A program made the position numbers and the translations under genes. Positions 19,430-29,113 of a stretch of DNA of 64,000 nt are shown in pieces. The notes below the pieces were generated by a model, which saw only the letters and a list, made by a program, of their open reading frames with translations, did not search any database and was not told the DNA's origin. Source of the stretch: an uncultured Gemmatimonadales bacterium (lineage in GTDB: Bacteria; Gemmatimonadota; Gemmatimonadetes; Longimicrobiales; Longimicrobiaceae); assembly GCA_963716255.1 (NCBI GenBank), contig OY970303.1, positions 1,760,001 through 1,824,000 on the forward strand. Direction: 5' to 3'. Within the stretch, counting starts at the first letter, position 1; every line of letters begins with the position of its first letter.

Positions 19430-19682
19430 CGGAAGTGCGAAAGTGCGGGAGTGCGAAAGTGCGGGACGGCAGGCCGGCCGGGCCGGCTCCGGAACAGCCT
19501 CAAATCTACACGCACGAGCGAGATACGCCAGCCCGGGAGGTCGGAGGAGAGCGGCCTGTGTAGGAAATGTCCCCACGCGCGGTTCCGTAGCTTTCCCTCT
19601 CGTCGTCCGGCTCGCCCGGATGCACCTTGTAGGTGGCCGCGTGTACCGGGCGAGGTGAAGACCACGACACGGGAGGCGAGAG

Positions 19683-20069
19683 ATGCCGGCTGGCACCAGC
19701 ACCATGAGCGCGATCCCCGGCGCGAGGATCGTCCTGGGAGGACACCCCAGCCGCCCCGCGCGCCTGGTGGCGCGGCGCTACCCGGGGTGGGCCAGGCTGG
19801 CGCGCACGCTCGCGTTCGTCGCGCTCTGGGTGCTTTCCACCGCGGGGACGCTGGCCTTCACCTTCGACCCGTTCGTGGCCTCGCTCCCCTTCATCATGGG
19901 CGCCTCCTTCGTGTACCGGAGCTGGCGGGGGCGCTTCCGGGTGGAGGAGTTCCAGGCCGCCTGCCCGCGGTGCGGCGAGGAGCTGAAGATCGAGCCCGGG
20001 AGCAGGATCGCCCTTCCCCACCCGCTGGTCTGCTACCACTGCCACCACGAGCCGGAGCTGGCGGCGTAG
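19683..20069 (+). CDS. Hypothetical 2-TM protein with a C-terminal zinc ribbon
   Basis: RBS GGGAGG; two hydrophobic helices; CPRC...CYHC. Confidence 0.7.
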   Translation: MPAGTSTMSAIPGARIVLGGHPSRPARLVARRYPGWARLARTLAFVALWVLSTAGTLAFTFDPFVASLPFIMGASFVYRSWRGRFRVEEFQAACPRCGEELKIEPGSRIALPHPLVCYHCHHEPELAA

Positions 20070-20083
20070 CCGGGGCGGGGCGC

Positions 20084-20128
20084 ACGACGAAGGGGGCGGC
20101 CGGAGATCCCGGCCGCCCCCTTCGTCGT
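20084..20128. terminator. Bidirectional hairpin between convergent genes
   Basis: acgacgaagggggcggccgg...ccggccgcccccttcgtcgt. Confidence 0.65.
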
Positions 20129-20143
20129 CCCGCGGCCGCGGAC

Positions 20144-21169
20144 TCAGGGCGTGGGCGTCGCGGGCATGGCGGCCCGGGCCTGCCGGATCGCGTCGGCGCC
20201 GCGGTCCAGCGTCGCCACCACGTCGGTGATGGTGCGCACCGCGTTCACGTAGAACTCGGGGGTGATCGCCTCCACCTGGTCCGAGGGGTGGTGGTAGCCG
20301 GGATGGTCCTCCACACCGAAGTACACGAACGGGATCCCGGCGGCGTGGAAGGGGCCCTGGTCGGACTGCATGGTCCAGTCGTCGTGCGGGGTGGGCGTGG
20401 GCGTGTCGTGGCCCTGGATCAGGCGCACGGGCGCACGGCCGGCCACCTGCGCGACGTACGGCCGCAGGAACGGCCACTTGGCGGCGCCGGCGGCGTACAG
20501 CTCGCCCTTCTCGCTGCGGCTCACCATGTCCATGTTGACGTTGAGGACGATGGCCTCCTTCGGTACCGGCGGCGCGGCGACGAAGGCGCGCGCCCCCCGC
20601 AGCCCCGACTCCTCCGCGTCCCAGAAGGCGAACACCAGCGTGTTCTCGGGCGGGTTCGCGCGGAAGTAGCGCGCCATCTCCAGCAGCGCGGCGGTGCCGG
20701 AGGCGTTGTCGTCGGCGCCGTTGTAGATGGAGTCGCCCGCGACGGCGCGGCCCACGCCCTCGTGGTCGTAGTGGGCCGACACCACCAGGATGCGCTCGGG
20801 GCTGCGCGTGCCGCGGATCCGGCCCAGCAGGTTGACGCCCCGCACCTGCGCGCTGTCGCCACCCGTGTAGGTGAAGGGATGCTCGAAGCCGGCGCCCACG
20901 GGCTCCAGCCCGGCGGCGCGCATCTCACGCAGCAGGAAGGCGCGCGCCATGGCGCCGCCGGGGGTGCCCACCTTGCGGCCCTGCATGGAGTCGTCGGCGA
21001 GCACGGCGAGGTCGCGGAGCACCCGGTCGCCCTGGATGCCCTGGATACCACCGGCGGTCGTGGTGGTCGACGTGGTCGCGGCGGGGCTGCCGTTCCCCGC
21101 GGGCGCGCACGCCGCCAGGGCCAGGACGGGAAGGAGGCCGCGGAGGGTGCGGACGGAGCTCATGCGCAT
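20144..21169 (-). CDS. M28-family peptidase (lipoprotein)
   Basis: Lipobox LAAC; SAHYDH, GADDNASG, DAEE, NMDM, YHHPSD. Confidence 0.92.
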   Translation of the reverse strand: MRMSSVRTLRGLLPVLALAACAPAGNGSPAATTSTTTTAGGIQGIQGDRVLRDLAVLADDSMQGRKVGTPGGAMARAFLLREMRAAGLEPVGAGFEHPFTYTGGDSAQVRGVNLLGRIRGTRSPERILVVSAHYDHEGVGRAVAGDSIYNGADDNASGTAALLEMARYFRANPPENTLVFAFWDAEESGLRGARAFVAAPPVPKEAIVLNVNMDMVSRSEKGELYAAGAAKWPFLRPYVAQVAGRAPVRLIQGHDTPTPTPHDDWTMQSDQGPFHAAGIPFVYFGVEDHPGYHHPSDQVEAITPEFYVNAVRTITDVVATLDRGADAIRQARAAMPATPTP

Positions 21170-21237
21170 GGGGCTCTGGAGTCGGAGGAGTTCAGGGTCG
21201 CGGCGGACACCGGGAGCGGGGCCCGCCGCGCCATCGT

Positions 21238-22374
21238 TCAGGAGCCTCGGCGAAAGGCGCGCCACGGGGCCAGCAGCAGCCCCATGCACCCCGGCGCCGC
21301 GGCAAAGGCGGGCGGGTCGTCACTGACCACCGCCTCCAGCGGGTAGACGGTCTTGCCGCTGGTGTTGATCTTGGCCTTCCAGGCGAGCCACCCGTCGGAC
21401 AGCGCGAAGGCGTAGACGTGCCCGTCGTGCGAGGTGACGAAGACGTGGGCGGGCAGCCCCGTTCCCACCACTGCGCGGGTGACCAGCTGCTCCTCCCCAC
21501 CGACGGGGACGTCCGAGACCCACCGCGTGGTCCCGTCCGCGGCGTCCAACGAGCGGAGGTACTGTTTTCCGTCTGCCCCGCGGGCGCAGACCAGAACCAC
21601 GCCTCCGTCGTCCGGCACTCCCGGAGAGGTGACGTCGGGGCCCAGCTCCTCCGTCCAGAGCTTCGCGCCGGTGGCTGCGTCCAGCGCGTACAGGGCCGTG
21701 TCGCCGTTGACGAATACCCGCCCGCCGGCCACCGCGATCCCCATGAGGGAAAAGCTGGCGCCCGTGACCAGCCCGTCCGTCTCCCAGAGCTTGGTTCCGT
21801 CCGCGGCGTCGAAGGCGAGCGCGCGATCGACGGCCGTGGTGTAGAGCACGCCCCCCACGACCACCGGAGAGGCCTCGGCGACGATGACCGGCTGCTTCCA
21901 CGCCGGCGACCCGTCCGCACGGAAGGCGTACACGTCGCCCGCGCCCATCACGTACACCAGGCCGTCGGCCACCACGGGACCGCCGATCCAGTTGTCGCTG
22001 TTGTCGTCGTCCACGTCGAACTGCCAGAGCGGGGCGCCGGCGGCGGAGCACGCGCACAGGATGCTGCCGCCCAGCACCCCATAGACCACGCCGTCCGCGT
22101 ATGCCAGCGAGCGCACGAACTTGTCCGCCGCGGGCTCCGTCAGCGGAAAATCCCCAAGCACCTCGCCGGAGTGGAAGGAGAGCCGCACCACTCGCCCGTC
22201 GGCCGTACCGGCATACACGGCGTCCTCCTCTTGGACGCCGCCCCGGACCACGACCACCGGCGACGCAGCATTGACGGGCGCCTCCCACGCATCGATCGCC
22301 TGCCCCTGCAGCGCGACGAGGCGGCGCACGTTGCCCAACAGGGTAGAGGTGAAGACGTAGCTGCCAGCTGCCAT
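21238..22374 (-). CDS. PQQ-like (BamB-type) beta-propeller repeat protein
   Basis: Repeated PVV.DG.VY and LYALDAATG.KLW blades; RBS GGAGG. Confidence 0.85.
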   Translation of the reverse strand: MAAGSYVFTSTLLGNVRRLVALQGQAIDAWEAPVNAASPVVVVRGGVQEEDAVYAGTADGRVVRLSFHSGEVLGDFPLTEPAADKFVRSLAYADGVVYGVLGGSILCACSAAGAPLWQFDVDDDNSDNWIGGPVVADGLVYVMGAGDVYAFRADGSPAWKQPVIVAEASPVVVGGVLYTTAVDRALAFDAADGTKLWETDGLVTGASFSLMGIAVAGGRVFVNGDTALYALDAATGAKLWTEELGPDVTSPGVPDDGGVVLVCARGADGKQYLRSLDAADGTTRWVSDVPVGGEEQLVTRAVVGTGLPAHVFVTSHDGHVYAFALSDGWLAWKAKINTSGKTVYPLEAVVSDDPPAFAAAPGCMGLLLAPWRAFRRGS

Positions 22375-22467
22375 CGCGCCTCCCGGGAGCGGATGTGCGG
22401 AATTGGATGCCGCCGGGGCGTGGTGGCGACCGCGGTTCGTAGTTTCCTGCCGTTCCCGCAGATGTTG

Positions 22468-22598
22468 CGGAGGGAGACTCGCGCGGCCGTTTGCGCGAGG
22501 CTCACGGAGCCGGAGCGGAGACCCGCCGGCAGGTTGGCGGGGCTCCGCGACCCGCGTAGGAAACAGGCCGGCAGTTTGGCCTGGTTCCGGAGCGGCCC
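22468..22598 (-). repeat. Family-3 triple-hairpin repeat, copy 1
   Basis: Three GAGAC-stem-GGC(A/C)G(T/G)TT-stem-GGCTC-type units on +; begins 15 nt after the yfiT-like stop. Homologs at 33106-33235 and 62701-62829. Confidence 0.88.
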
Positions 22599-22613
22599 TG
22601 CGCGAGAAACCCG

Positions 22614-23141
22614 CTACCACCCCATCCGCTCCCGCAGCCCGGTGACGTGCGCCACGTGGTGCCGCCCGTGCCAGGCGTACAGCCCCAACATCCCGTCCAC
22701 GCGGATCGTCCCCAGCTCCGGGTGCCGCAGCGTCCGCGCGAAGTCCTCCGGCCCCAGCGAGTCCAGCAGGCGCACCCAGCGGTCGTGCAGCGCGTCCAGC
22801 AGCGCCAGCGACACCGCGGGCGGCGTGCTGCGCGTGTCCTCCAGCTCCGCCCAGGCCGCCTCGTCGTACGTCTTGATGGTGGGCTCGTGCTCGGTGAGCG
22901 CCAGCTTGAAGCGCGTGTACGCGTTCACGTGGCTGTCGGGAAGGTGGTGCACCACCTGGCGCACCGTCCACCCGCCCGGCCGGTACGGGGTGTCCAGCTG
23001 CTCCGGGGACAGGCCCTCCACCGCGGCCCGGAGGCGCGCGGGCGTGTCCGCGATCTGCCGGATCCAGCCGGGGACCTGCTCCGCGGCGACGGGAGCGCGG
23101 ACGTCGAAGCGCCCGACGGGGTAGCTCAGATCTGCGGTCAC
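22614..23141 (-). CDS. yfiT: YfiT/DinB-family metal-dependent thiol S-transferase-like protein
   Basis: L.YPVG.F, LDTPYRPGGWTVRQVVHHLPDSH, RFKLALTE, YAWHGRHH. Confidence 0.92.
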   Translation of the reverse strand: MTADLSYPVGRFDVRAPVAAEQVPGWIRQIADTPARLRAAVEGLSPEQLDTPYRPGGWTVRQVVHHLPDSHVNAYTRFKLALTEHEPTIKTYDEAAWAELEDTRSTPPAVSLALLDALHDRWVRLLDSLGPEDFARTLRHPELGTIRVDGMLGLYAWHGRHHVAHVTGLRERMGW

Positions 23142-23309
23142 GGGGGTCTCCGGTGCGGCGTGGACGGGGGGGAGCGGGCGGCCCGGCGCGCTGCAAAGTG
23201 GCGCCCGGCCCGGGGCGCTGCAAGCCCGCCCCGCGACCCCGCACTGGAAGACGAGGGCCGCCGGCCGCAGATTGGTGCCGCGCACCCCGTCCACGCCCGA
23301 CACGTGCCC

Positions 23310-25829
23310 ATGCCCGAGCTCCCCATCGAAGCCGTCCTCCCCGAGCTGCGCGGCGCGCTCCGCCGTCGCACCGCCGCCGTGCTCCAGGCGCCCCCCGGCG
23401 CCGGGAAGACCACGCGCGTCCCGCTGGCGCTGCTGGACGAGCCCTGGCTGGCGGGGCAGAAGATCGTGATGCTGGAGCCGCGCCGGCTGGCGGCGCGCGC
23501 CGCCGCCCGGCGCATGGCCGCGGCGCTGGGCGAGCGGGTGGGCGACACCGTGGGCCACCGGGTGCGCATGGACACGCGCGTGGGGCCGCAGACGCGCCTG
23601 GAGGTGGTGACGGAGGGGGTGCTGGCGCGCATGCTCCAGTCCGACCCGGCGCTGGAGGGCGTGGGGCTGGTGGTGTTCGACGAGTTCCACGAGCGCTCGC
23701 TGCACGCCGACCTGGGGCTCGCGCTGGCGCTCCAGTCGCAGGCGCTGCTGCGCGACGACCTGCGCATCCTGGTGATGTCCGCCACGCTGGACGGAGCGGC
23801 GGTCGCGGCGCTGCTGGGCGGCGCCCCCGTCGTGAGCAGCGAGGGGCGCGCCCACCCGGTGGAGACCCGCTACCTCCCCCGCCCCGCCGAGGGGTGGCTG
23901 GACGCGCGGGTGGCGCGCGCCGCGCTGGAGGCGCTGGAGCGCGAGCCGGGCGACGTGCTGGTGTTCCTCCCCGGCCAGGCCGAGATCCGCCGCGTGGAGG
24001 AGCGCCTGCGCGAGGCCGGGCCCGGGCCGGGCGTGCGCGTCGCCCCGCTCTACGGCAGTCTGCCGCAGGAGGCGCAGGACCGCGCCATCGAGCCCTCGCC
24101 GCCGGGCGAGCGCAGGGTGGTGCTCGCCACCTCCATCGCCGAGACCAGCCTGACCATCGAGGGGGTGCGCACGGTGGTGGACAGCGGGGTGATGCGCGTC
24201 CCCCGCTTCTCGCCGCGCACCGGGATGACGCGGCTGGAAACGGTGCCGGTGACGCGCGCCTCGGCGGAGCAGCGCCGCGGGCGGGCAGGGCGCGTGGGGC
24301 CGGGGGTGTGCTACCGCCTGTGGACCGAGGCCGAGCAGTACGGGCTGGTCCCCCACGCCGCGCCGGAGATCCTGGCGGCGGACCTGGCGCCGCTGGCGCT
24401 GGAGCTCGCCGCCTGGGGGATCGCCGACCCCGTGGAGCTGCGCTGGCTGGACCCACCCCCCGCCGCCGCCTTCGCGCAGGCGCGCGGGCTGCTGGCGCAG
24501 CTGGGCGCGCTGGACGCCGCCGGCGCCGCCACCCCGCACGGGCGGCGCATGGCCGCGCTGGGCACGCACCCGCGCCTGGCGCACATGCTCCTGCGCGGGG
24601 CCGGGCTCGGGCTGGGCGCCCTGGCCTGCGACCTGGCCGCCCTCCTGGAGGAGCGCGACCCCTTCCGCGGCGACGCCGGCGTACCCGACGCCGACCTGCG
24701 CCTGCGCCTGGAAGCCCTCCGCGACCCGCGCGGCGGCGGCAGCCACCGAGGCGGCCGCGTGGACGCCGGCACGCTCCACCGCGCCCGCGACGCCGCCCGC
24801 CACTGGCGCGACGCGCTGGGGATCCAGACCGGGTCGCCCCGCCCGGCCGACGAGGCCGAGTCGGCCGGGCTGCTGCTGGCCTTCGCCTACCCCGACCGCA
24901 TCGCGCAGAAGCGCCCGGGGCAGCCGGGGCGCTTCCTGCTCCGGAACGGGCGCGGCGCCGTGCTGGAGGGCGCGCAGGCGCTCGCCGGCGCCCCGTACCT
25001 GGTGGCCGCCGAGCTGGACGGGCAGGGGCGCGAGAGCCGCGTCTACCTGGCGGCTCCGCTGGCGGAGGAGGAGCTGGCCGCCCACTTCGCCGAGCAGACG
25101 GAGACGGAGGAGAGCGTGGCCTGGGACGCGGACACGGGCTCCGTGCGGGCACGGCGCCGGGAGCGGCTGGGCGCGCTGGTGCTGCGCGACGCCCCGCTGC
25201 CCGACCCGGACCCCGGAGCCGTGGCCGCCGCGCTCCTGGACGGCATCGCGCGCGCCGGGATCGGCTCCCTGCCCTGGTCCAGGGACGCGCAGCGGCTGCG
25301 CGAGCGTCTCGTCTTCCTGCACCGCCACGACCCCACCTGGCCGGACGCCTCCGACGCCGCGCTCCTCGCCACGCTGCCGGAGTGGCTGGGCCCGCACCTG
25401 TACGGGCTGCGGCGCATGGACGAAGTGCGCCGCCTGGACCCGGGCGGGATCCTGCTGGACCGGCTCCCCTGGGAGCGCCGCGCCGCGCTGGACGCGCTTG
25501 CCCCGTCGCACGTGCAGGTGCCCAGCGGCTCCCGCATCCCCGTGGACTACTCCGACCCGGACGCGCCCGTGCTCGCCGTCCGGCTCCAGGAAGTGTTCGG
25601 GATGACCGAGACCCCGCGCGTGGCCGGGGGGCGCGTCCCGCTCACCCTTCACCTGCTTTCCCCCGCGAACCGGCCGGTGCAGGTGACGCGCGACCTGGCG
25701 AGCTTCTGGCGCGGCACCTACTTCGACGTCAGAAAGGACCTCAAGGGCCGCTACCCCAGGCATTACTGGCCCGACGACCCGCTCCAGGCGACGCCCACGC
25801 ACCGGGCTCGTCCGCGACCGTCTTCGTAA
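23310..25829 (+). CDS. hrpB: ATP-dependent helicase HrpB
   Basis: APPGAGKTT, DEFHERS, MSAT, ATSIAETSLT, QRRGRAGR, C-terminal LLSPA.RP.QVT.DLASFW..Y..V.K.LKGRYP.H.WP. Confidence 0.97.
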   Translation: MPELPIEAVLPELRGALRRRTAAVLQAPPGAGKTTRVPLALLDEPWLAGQKIVMLEPRRLAARAAARRMAAALGERVGDTVGHRVRMDTRVGPQTRLEVVTEGVLARMLQSDPALEGVGLVVFDEFHERSLHADLGLALALQSQALLRDDLRILVMSATLDGAAVAALLGGAPVVSSEGRAHPVETRYLPRPAEGWLDARVARAALEALEREPGDVLVFLPGQAEIRRVEERLREAGPGPGVRVAPLYGSLPQEAQDRAIEPSPPGERRVVLATSIAETSLTIEGVRTVVDSGVMRVPRFSPRTGMTRLETVPVTRASAEQRRGRAGRVGPGVCYRLWTEAEQYGLVPHAAPEILAADLAPLALELAAWGIADPVELRWLDPPPAAAFAQARGLLAQLGALDAAGAATPHGRRMAALGTHPRLAHMLLRGAGLGLGALACDLAALLEERDPFRGDAGVPDADLRLRLEALRDPRGGGSHRGGRVDAGTLHRARDAARHWRDALGIQTGSPRPADEAESAGLLLAFAYPDRIAQKRPGQPGRFLLRNGRGAVLEGAQALAGAPYLVAAELDGQGRESRVYLAAPLAEEELAAHFAEQTETEESVAWDADTGSVRARRRERLGALVLRDAPLPDPDPGAVAAALLDGIARAGIGSLPWSRDAQRLRERLVFLHRHDPTWPDASDAALLATLPEWLGPHLYGLRRMDEVRRLDPGGILLDRLPWERRAALDALAPSHVQVPSGSRIPVDYSDPDAPVLAVRLQEVFGMTETPRVAGGRVPLTLHLLSPANRPVQVTRDLASFWRGTYFDVRKDLKGRYPRHYWPDDPLQATPTHRARPRPSS

Positions 25830-25849
25830 CTGCTTTTCTGAACGGCTGG

Positions 25850-25982
25850 TTTGGGCGTGCCCCCGGCTGGCGCCGGGGTCGGGCTTCGGCTCCGTAACGC
25901 ACGATAAAACTGTGCGTAACGGAGTCGAGCCCCGCGAAACTGCCCGCGGGTCTCGCCCCTTCGGGCCGAAATCCCTCACGCG
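25850..25982 (+). repeat. Family-1 structured repeat, copy F
   Basis: About 21 nt after the hrpB stop. Confidence 0.95.
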
Positions 25983-26000
25983 GCTCCGCGCTCGCGTCCG

Positions 26001-26372
26001 CTACTCCTCCGCGTCGTCGGCCCCCAGCTCGGCGTCCTCGCGGGCGACGCGCGCCAGGATCCGCTGGCCCTCCGGGGTGTCGTCCGGGACGATGTGCGGG
26101 CTGCCGCAGCGCCTGCACACCACCGGCAGGTGCGTCCGCCGCCAGACCGAGTAGGCGATCCCGGGGACCACGAGCAGCAGGTAGAGCGCCGCCTCGGCCC
26201 GCCACCCGCCCCTCCTGGCCCGGGTCCCCGGGCCGTGGTAGCCGCAGTTGGTGCAGACCTCGGCGGGAGCGCGCGAGCGGGACGCGGCTTCCAGCTCCTT
26301 CGCGCACCGCTTGCAGAGCCCGTCGTCGCGCTTGGTGGATCGCCCGCACTCCCAGCAGACCGCCTCGGTCAT
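26001..26372 (-). CDS. Hypothetical protein with CxxC pairs and one TM (LITAF-like layout)
   Basis: CWEC/CKRC, CTNC-TM-CRRC; RBS AGGAG. Confidence 0.65.
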   Translation of the reverse strand: MTEAVCWECGRSTKRDDGLCKRCAKELEAASRSRAPAEVCTNCGYHGPGTRARRGGWRAEAALYLLLVVPGIAYSVWRRTHLPVVCRRCGSPHIVPDDTPEGQRILARVAREDAELGADDAEE

Positions 26373-26616
26373 CACGCTCCTCCGGTCCGTGCCGCAGGCC
26401 CGTCCCTCGCGGACGTGGCCACCCCGGCGAGAAAAAAGCGCTCTCATAGTAGCGCGCCCGCCCCGCCGCATCCAGCCGCATCGTTCACGGCGCGCGCCCG
26501 CGCCGCCGGAATCCGCTGCCACGTCCGGAAACGATTTCCACCCCTCCCGCTTCCCCCCGCTCGCCGGAACGTCCTCAAGCCCCGTGCCGGCAGCCGTTTG
26601 CGCCGCGGCCCGCCGC

Positions 26617-26632
26617 CGGCACCCGGGTTGCA
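26617..26632 (+). promoter_or_regulatory. sigma54-like -24/-12 element
   Basis: CGGCACCCGGGTTGCA, 45 nt before the ATG at 26678. Confidence 0.55.
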
Positions 26633-26677
26633 GCCATACCCGCCGTCCGGAAAAAGAAGACGAACCGGGAGGAAGCG

Positions 26678-27649
26678 ATGAAGCGACCGTGGACGGCCGC
26701 GCTGCTGGTGGCGGCGCTGGCGGCGTGCGAAGGCGGGTCCCCCGTCGGCGGCGAGGACGGCGGCGGCGGGCAGGCGGGGCTCGGCCCCGGGGCCTCGCTG
26801 GGGGGCCGGCGCCCCTTCCCCGACGACAACCCCTGGAACCGCGACGTGTCCGCCGAACCGGTGGACCCCGCCTCCGCCACGCTGATCGCGAGCTGCGGCG
26901 CCGACCGGACCCTGCACCCCGACTTCGGCACCACCTGGAACGGCGCCCCCAACGGCATCCCCTACGTGGTGGTGTCCGGCGGCCAGGCGCGCGTGCCGGT
27001 GAGCTTCGGCTACGCGGACGAGAGCGACCCCGGCCCCTACCCGGTGCCCGCGGACGCGCCCGTGGAGGGCGGCCCGGCCGGCACCGGCGACCGGCACGTC
27101 CTCGTGGTGGACCGCGACAGCTGGAAGCTGTACGAGCTGTTCGACGCCCACCCGCAGGACGGCGGCGCGAGCTGGCGCGCAGGCTCCGGCGCCGTCTTCG
27201 ACCTGCGGAGCAACGAGCTGCGCCCCGCCGGGTGGACCTCCGCGGACGCCGCGGGCCTCCCCGTTTTCCCCGGCCTGGTGCGCTACGACGAGGCCGTGGA
27301 GCGCGGCGAGATCCGGCACGCGCTGCGCTTCACCTGCCCGGCGACGCGGCGGGCGTACGTGCACCCCGCCCGCCACTTCGCCAGCACGCGAACCGACGCC
27401 GCGCTGCCGCCCATGGGCATGCGCGTGCGCCTGCGCGCCGACTACGACGTCGCGGGCTTTCCGCCGGCCGCGCGGGCCGTGCTGGAAGCGATGAAGAGAT
27501 ACGGGATGCTGCTGGCCGACAACGGGAGCGCCTGGTACGTGAGCGGCGCCCCCGACCCGCGCTGGAGCGACGACGAGCTCGCCACGCTGCAGCGCGTGCG
27601 GGGGAGGGACTTCGAGGTGGTGCGGATGGGGGAGGTGACGACCCGGTGA
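26678..27649 (+). CDS. Conserved-looking hypothetical lipoprotein
   Basis: Lipobox LAAC; PFP.DNPWN, GIPY, GDRH, TSADAAGLP, HALRFT, YGMLLADNG. Confidence 0.8.
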   Translation: MKRPWTAALLVAALAACEGGSPVGGEDGGGGQAGLGPGASLGGRRPFPDDNPWNRDVSAEPVDPASATLIASCGADRTLHPDFGTTWNGAPNGIPYVVVSGGQARVPVSFGYADESDPGPYPVPADAPVEGGPAGTGDRHVLVVDRDSWKLYELFDAHPQDGGASWRAGSGAVFDLRSNELRPAGWTSADAAGLPVFPGLVRYDEAVERGEIRHALRFTCPATRRAYVHPARHFASTRTDAALPPMGMRVRLRADYDVAGFPPAARAVLEAMKRYGMLLADNGSAWYVSGAPDPRWSDDELATLQRVRGRDFEVVRMGEVTTR

Positions 27650-27670
27650 GCCGCGCGCGCCGCCGGCGCG

Positions 27671-27895
27671 CTACTCCGTGCGCGGCAGGGGAACGTGGGG
27701 CTCCTCCAGCCTGCGGCCCAGCGCGTGGATGGCGCCGCGCAGGTGGTTCCGCGGCGGGAGGATGTGGTCGCGGATGATCAGGCGCTCGCGGATGGGGAGG
27801 CGCGTGGCCTTGCCCACCGCCTGGTCCAGCTGGTCCATGGCCGCCCTCACCATCTCCAGGACCTCCGCCATGCGGGCTTCCTGCTCCTCGCTCAT
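27671..27895 (-). CDS. Small helical hypothetical protein
   Basis: 74 aa, GC3-rich codons, purine-rich RBS. Confidence 0.6.
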   Translation of the reverse strand: MSEEQEARMAEVLEMVRAAMDQLDQAVGKATRLPIRERLIIRDHILPPRNHLRGAIHALGRRLEEPHVPLPRTE

Positions 27896-28105
27896 CCCAC
27901 TCTCTTCCCGGGGGTGTGCACGCTCCGTGGACCCCCGGATGTTACACGCCCCGGCCCCCGCCCCGGAAGGGGTGCGGCACCCCCTTCCCGACAGACCGGT
28001 CCGGGGCGTTCCGGAAGCGGATTTCCGTCCGCTCCGTGTGGCAGGAGCTAAGCGCGCGCGGCGGGGACGCGTGTCGCGGAGCCGGCCCGCTTTGCGGGTT
28101 CCCCG

Positions 28106-29113
28106 CTACCCCGCCCGGTGCCAGGCCTTCAGCACCTCGCGCTCGTGCTCCCGCGTGATCCCCACTGGCTCGTCCATGATCGTTTCCGCGTCCGGGCGAG
28201 CGAGCTCGTACGCCAGCGAGTCGCGCACCGTCTCCTCCAGCGGGCGAAAGACGAGGCCGGCGGCCACCGAGCGGTCCACCGGGACCCGGTGCGGGTCCGG
28301 CCAGGGCCCCGGCGGCGGGGCGACCCAGAAGGGGAGCCCCACCCAGGGCCGCACCCCGTGCTCCCACAGGAAGACGTCGTCCACCCAGGTGAAGCGCGCG
28401 TCGCTCCCGCTCGCCTCGCGGCAGGCGTCCAGCACTCGCCCTGCCGTCCACTCCAGGTACGGGCCGGGGGCGACGAAGGTCCCCGCCGTCCCGTCCTCCA
28501 GCATCCGCACCATCCACCCCGCAAGGTCGCGCGCGTCCATGAGCTGCCAGGGGCGCTCCGGCTCCCCCGGCGCCAGCACCTCCCCGCCCTCCGCGATGCG
28601 CAGCAGCCAGTAGCGGAAGCGCCCCAGGTTGTCGTACGGCCCCACCAGCAGGCCCGGCCGCACGACCGTGGTCCGCCCCGGGAAGGCCGCCTCCACCGCC
28701 CGCTCGCAGAGCAGCTTCATGCCGCCGAAGCTGCGGGGGGTCACCTCCTCCGTGTCCGGGTCCTCCAGCTCCACGGTGGGGGAGTCGTCGCCGATCGCCT
28801 GCGGCACGTCGACGCGGTACACCGCGATCGACGACACGAACAGGTAGCGCTCCGCCGAGTCCGCCAGCGCCTCCGCCGCCATGCGGGCCACCCGCGGCAG
28901 GTGGGCGGAGGTGTCCACCACCGCGTCCCACCGCCGGCCGCGAAGGCCGGACAGGTCCACCGTGCGGTCGCCCACCAGGTGCTCGGCCTCCGGGAACAGC
29001 CCCGGCCCGCTCTCGCCGCGGTTGAAGAGCGTCACCTCGTGCCCGCGGGCCAGCGCCGCCTCCACCGCGTGCCGGCCCAGGAAGCGGGTGCCGCCCAGGA
29101 ACAGGATCTTCAT
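28106..29113 (-). CDS. NAD-dependent epimerase/dehydratase (extended SDR)
   Basis: LGGTRFLG, FNRG, FVSS, FGGMK (YxxxK Tyr replaced by Phe), RPGLLVGP. Confidence 0.9.
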   Translation of the reverse strand: MKILFLGGTRFLGRHAVEAALARGHEVTLFNRGESGPGLFPEAEHLVGDRTVDLSGLRGRRWDAVVDTSAHLPRVARMAAEALADSAERYLFVSSIAVYRVDVPQAIGDDSPTVELEDPDTEEVTPRSFGGMKLLCERAVEAAFPGRTTVVRPGLLVGPYDNLGRFRYWLLRIAEGGEVLAPGEPERPWQLMDARDLAGWMVRMLEDGTAGTFVAPGPYLEWTAGRVLDACREASGSDARFTWVDDVFLWEHGVRPWVGLPFWVAPPPGPWPDPHRVPVDRSVAAGLVFRPLEETVRDSLAYELARPDAETIMDEPVGITREHEREVLKAWHRAG

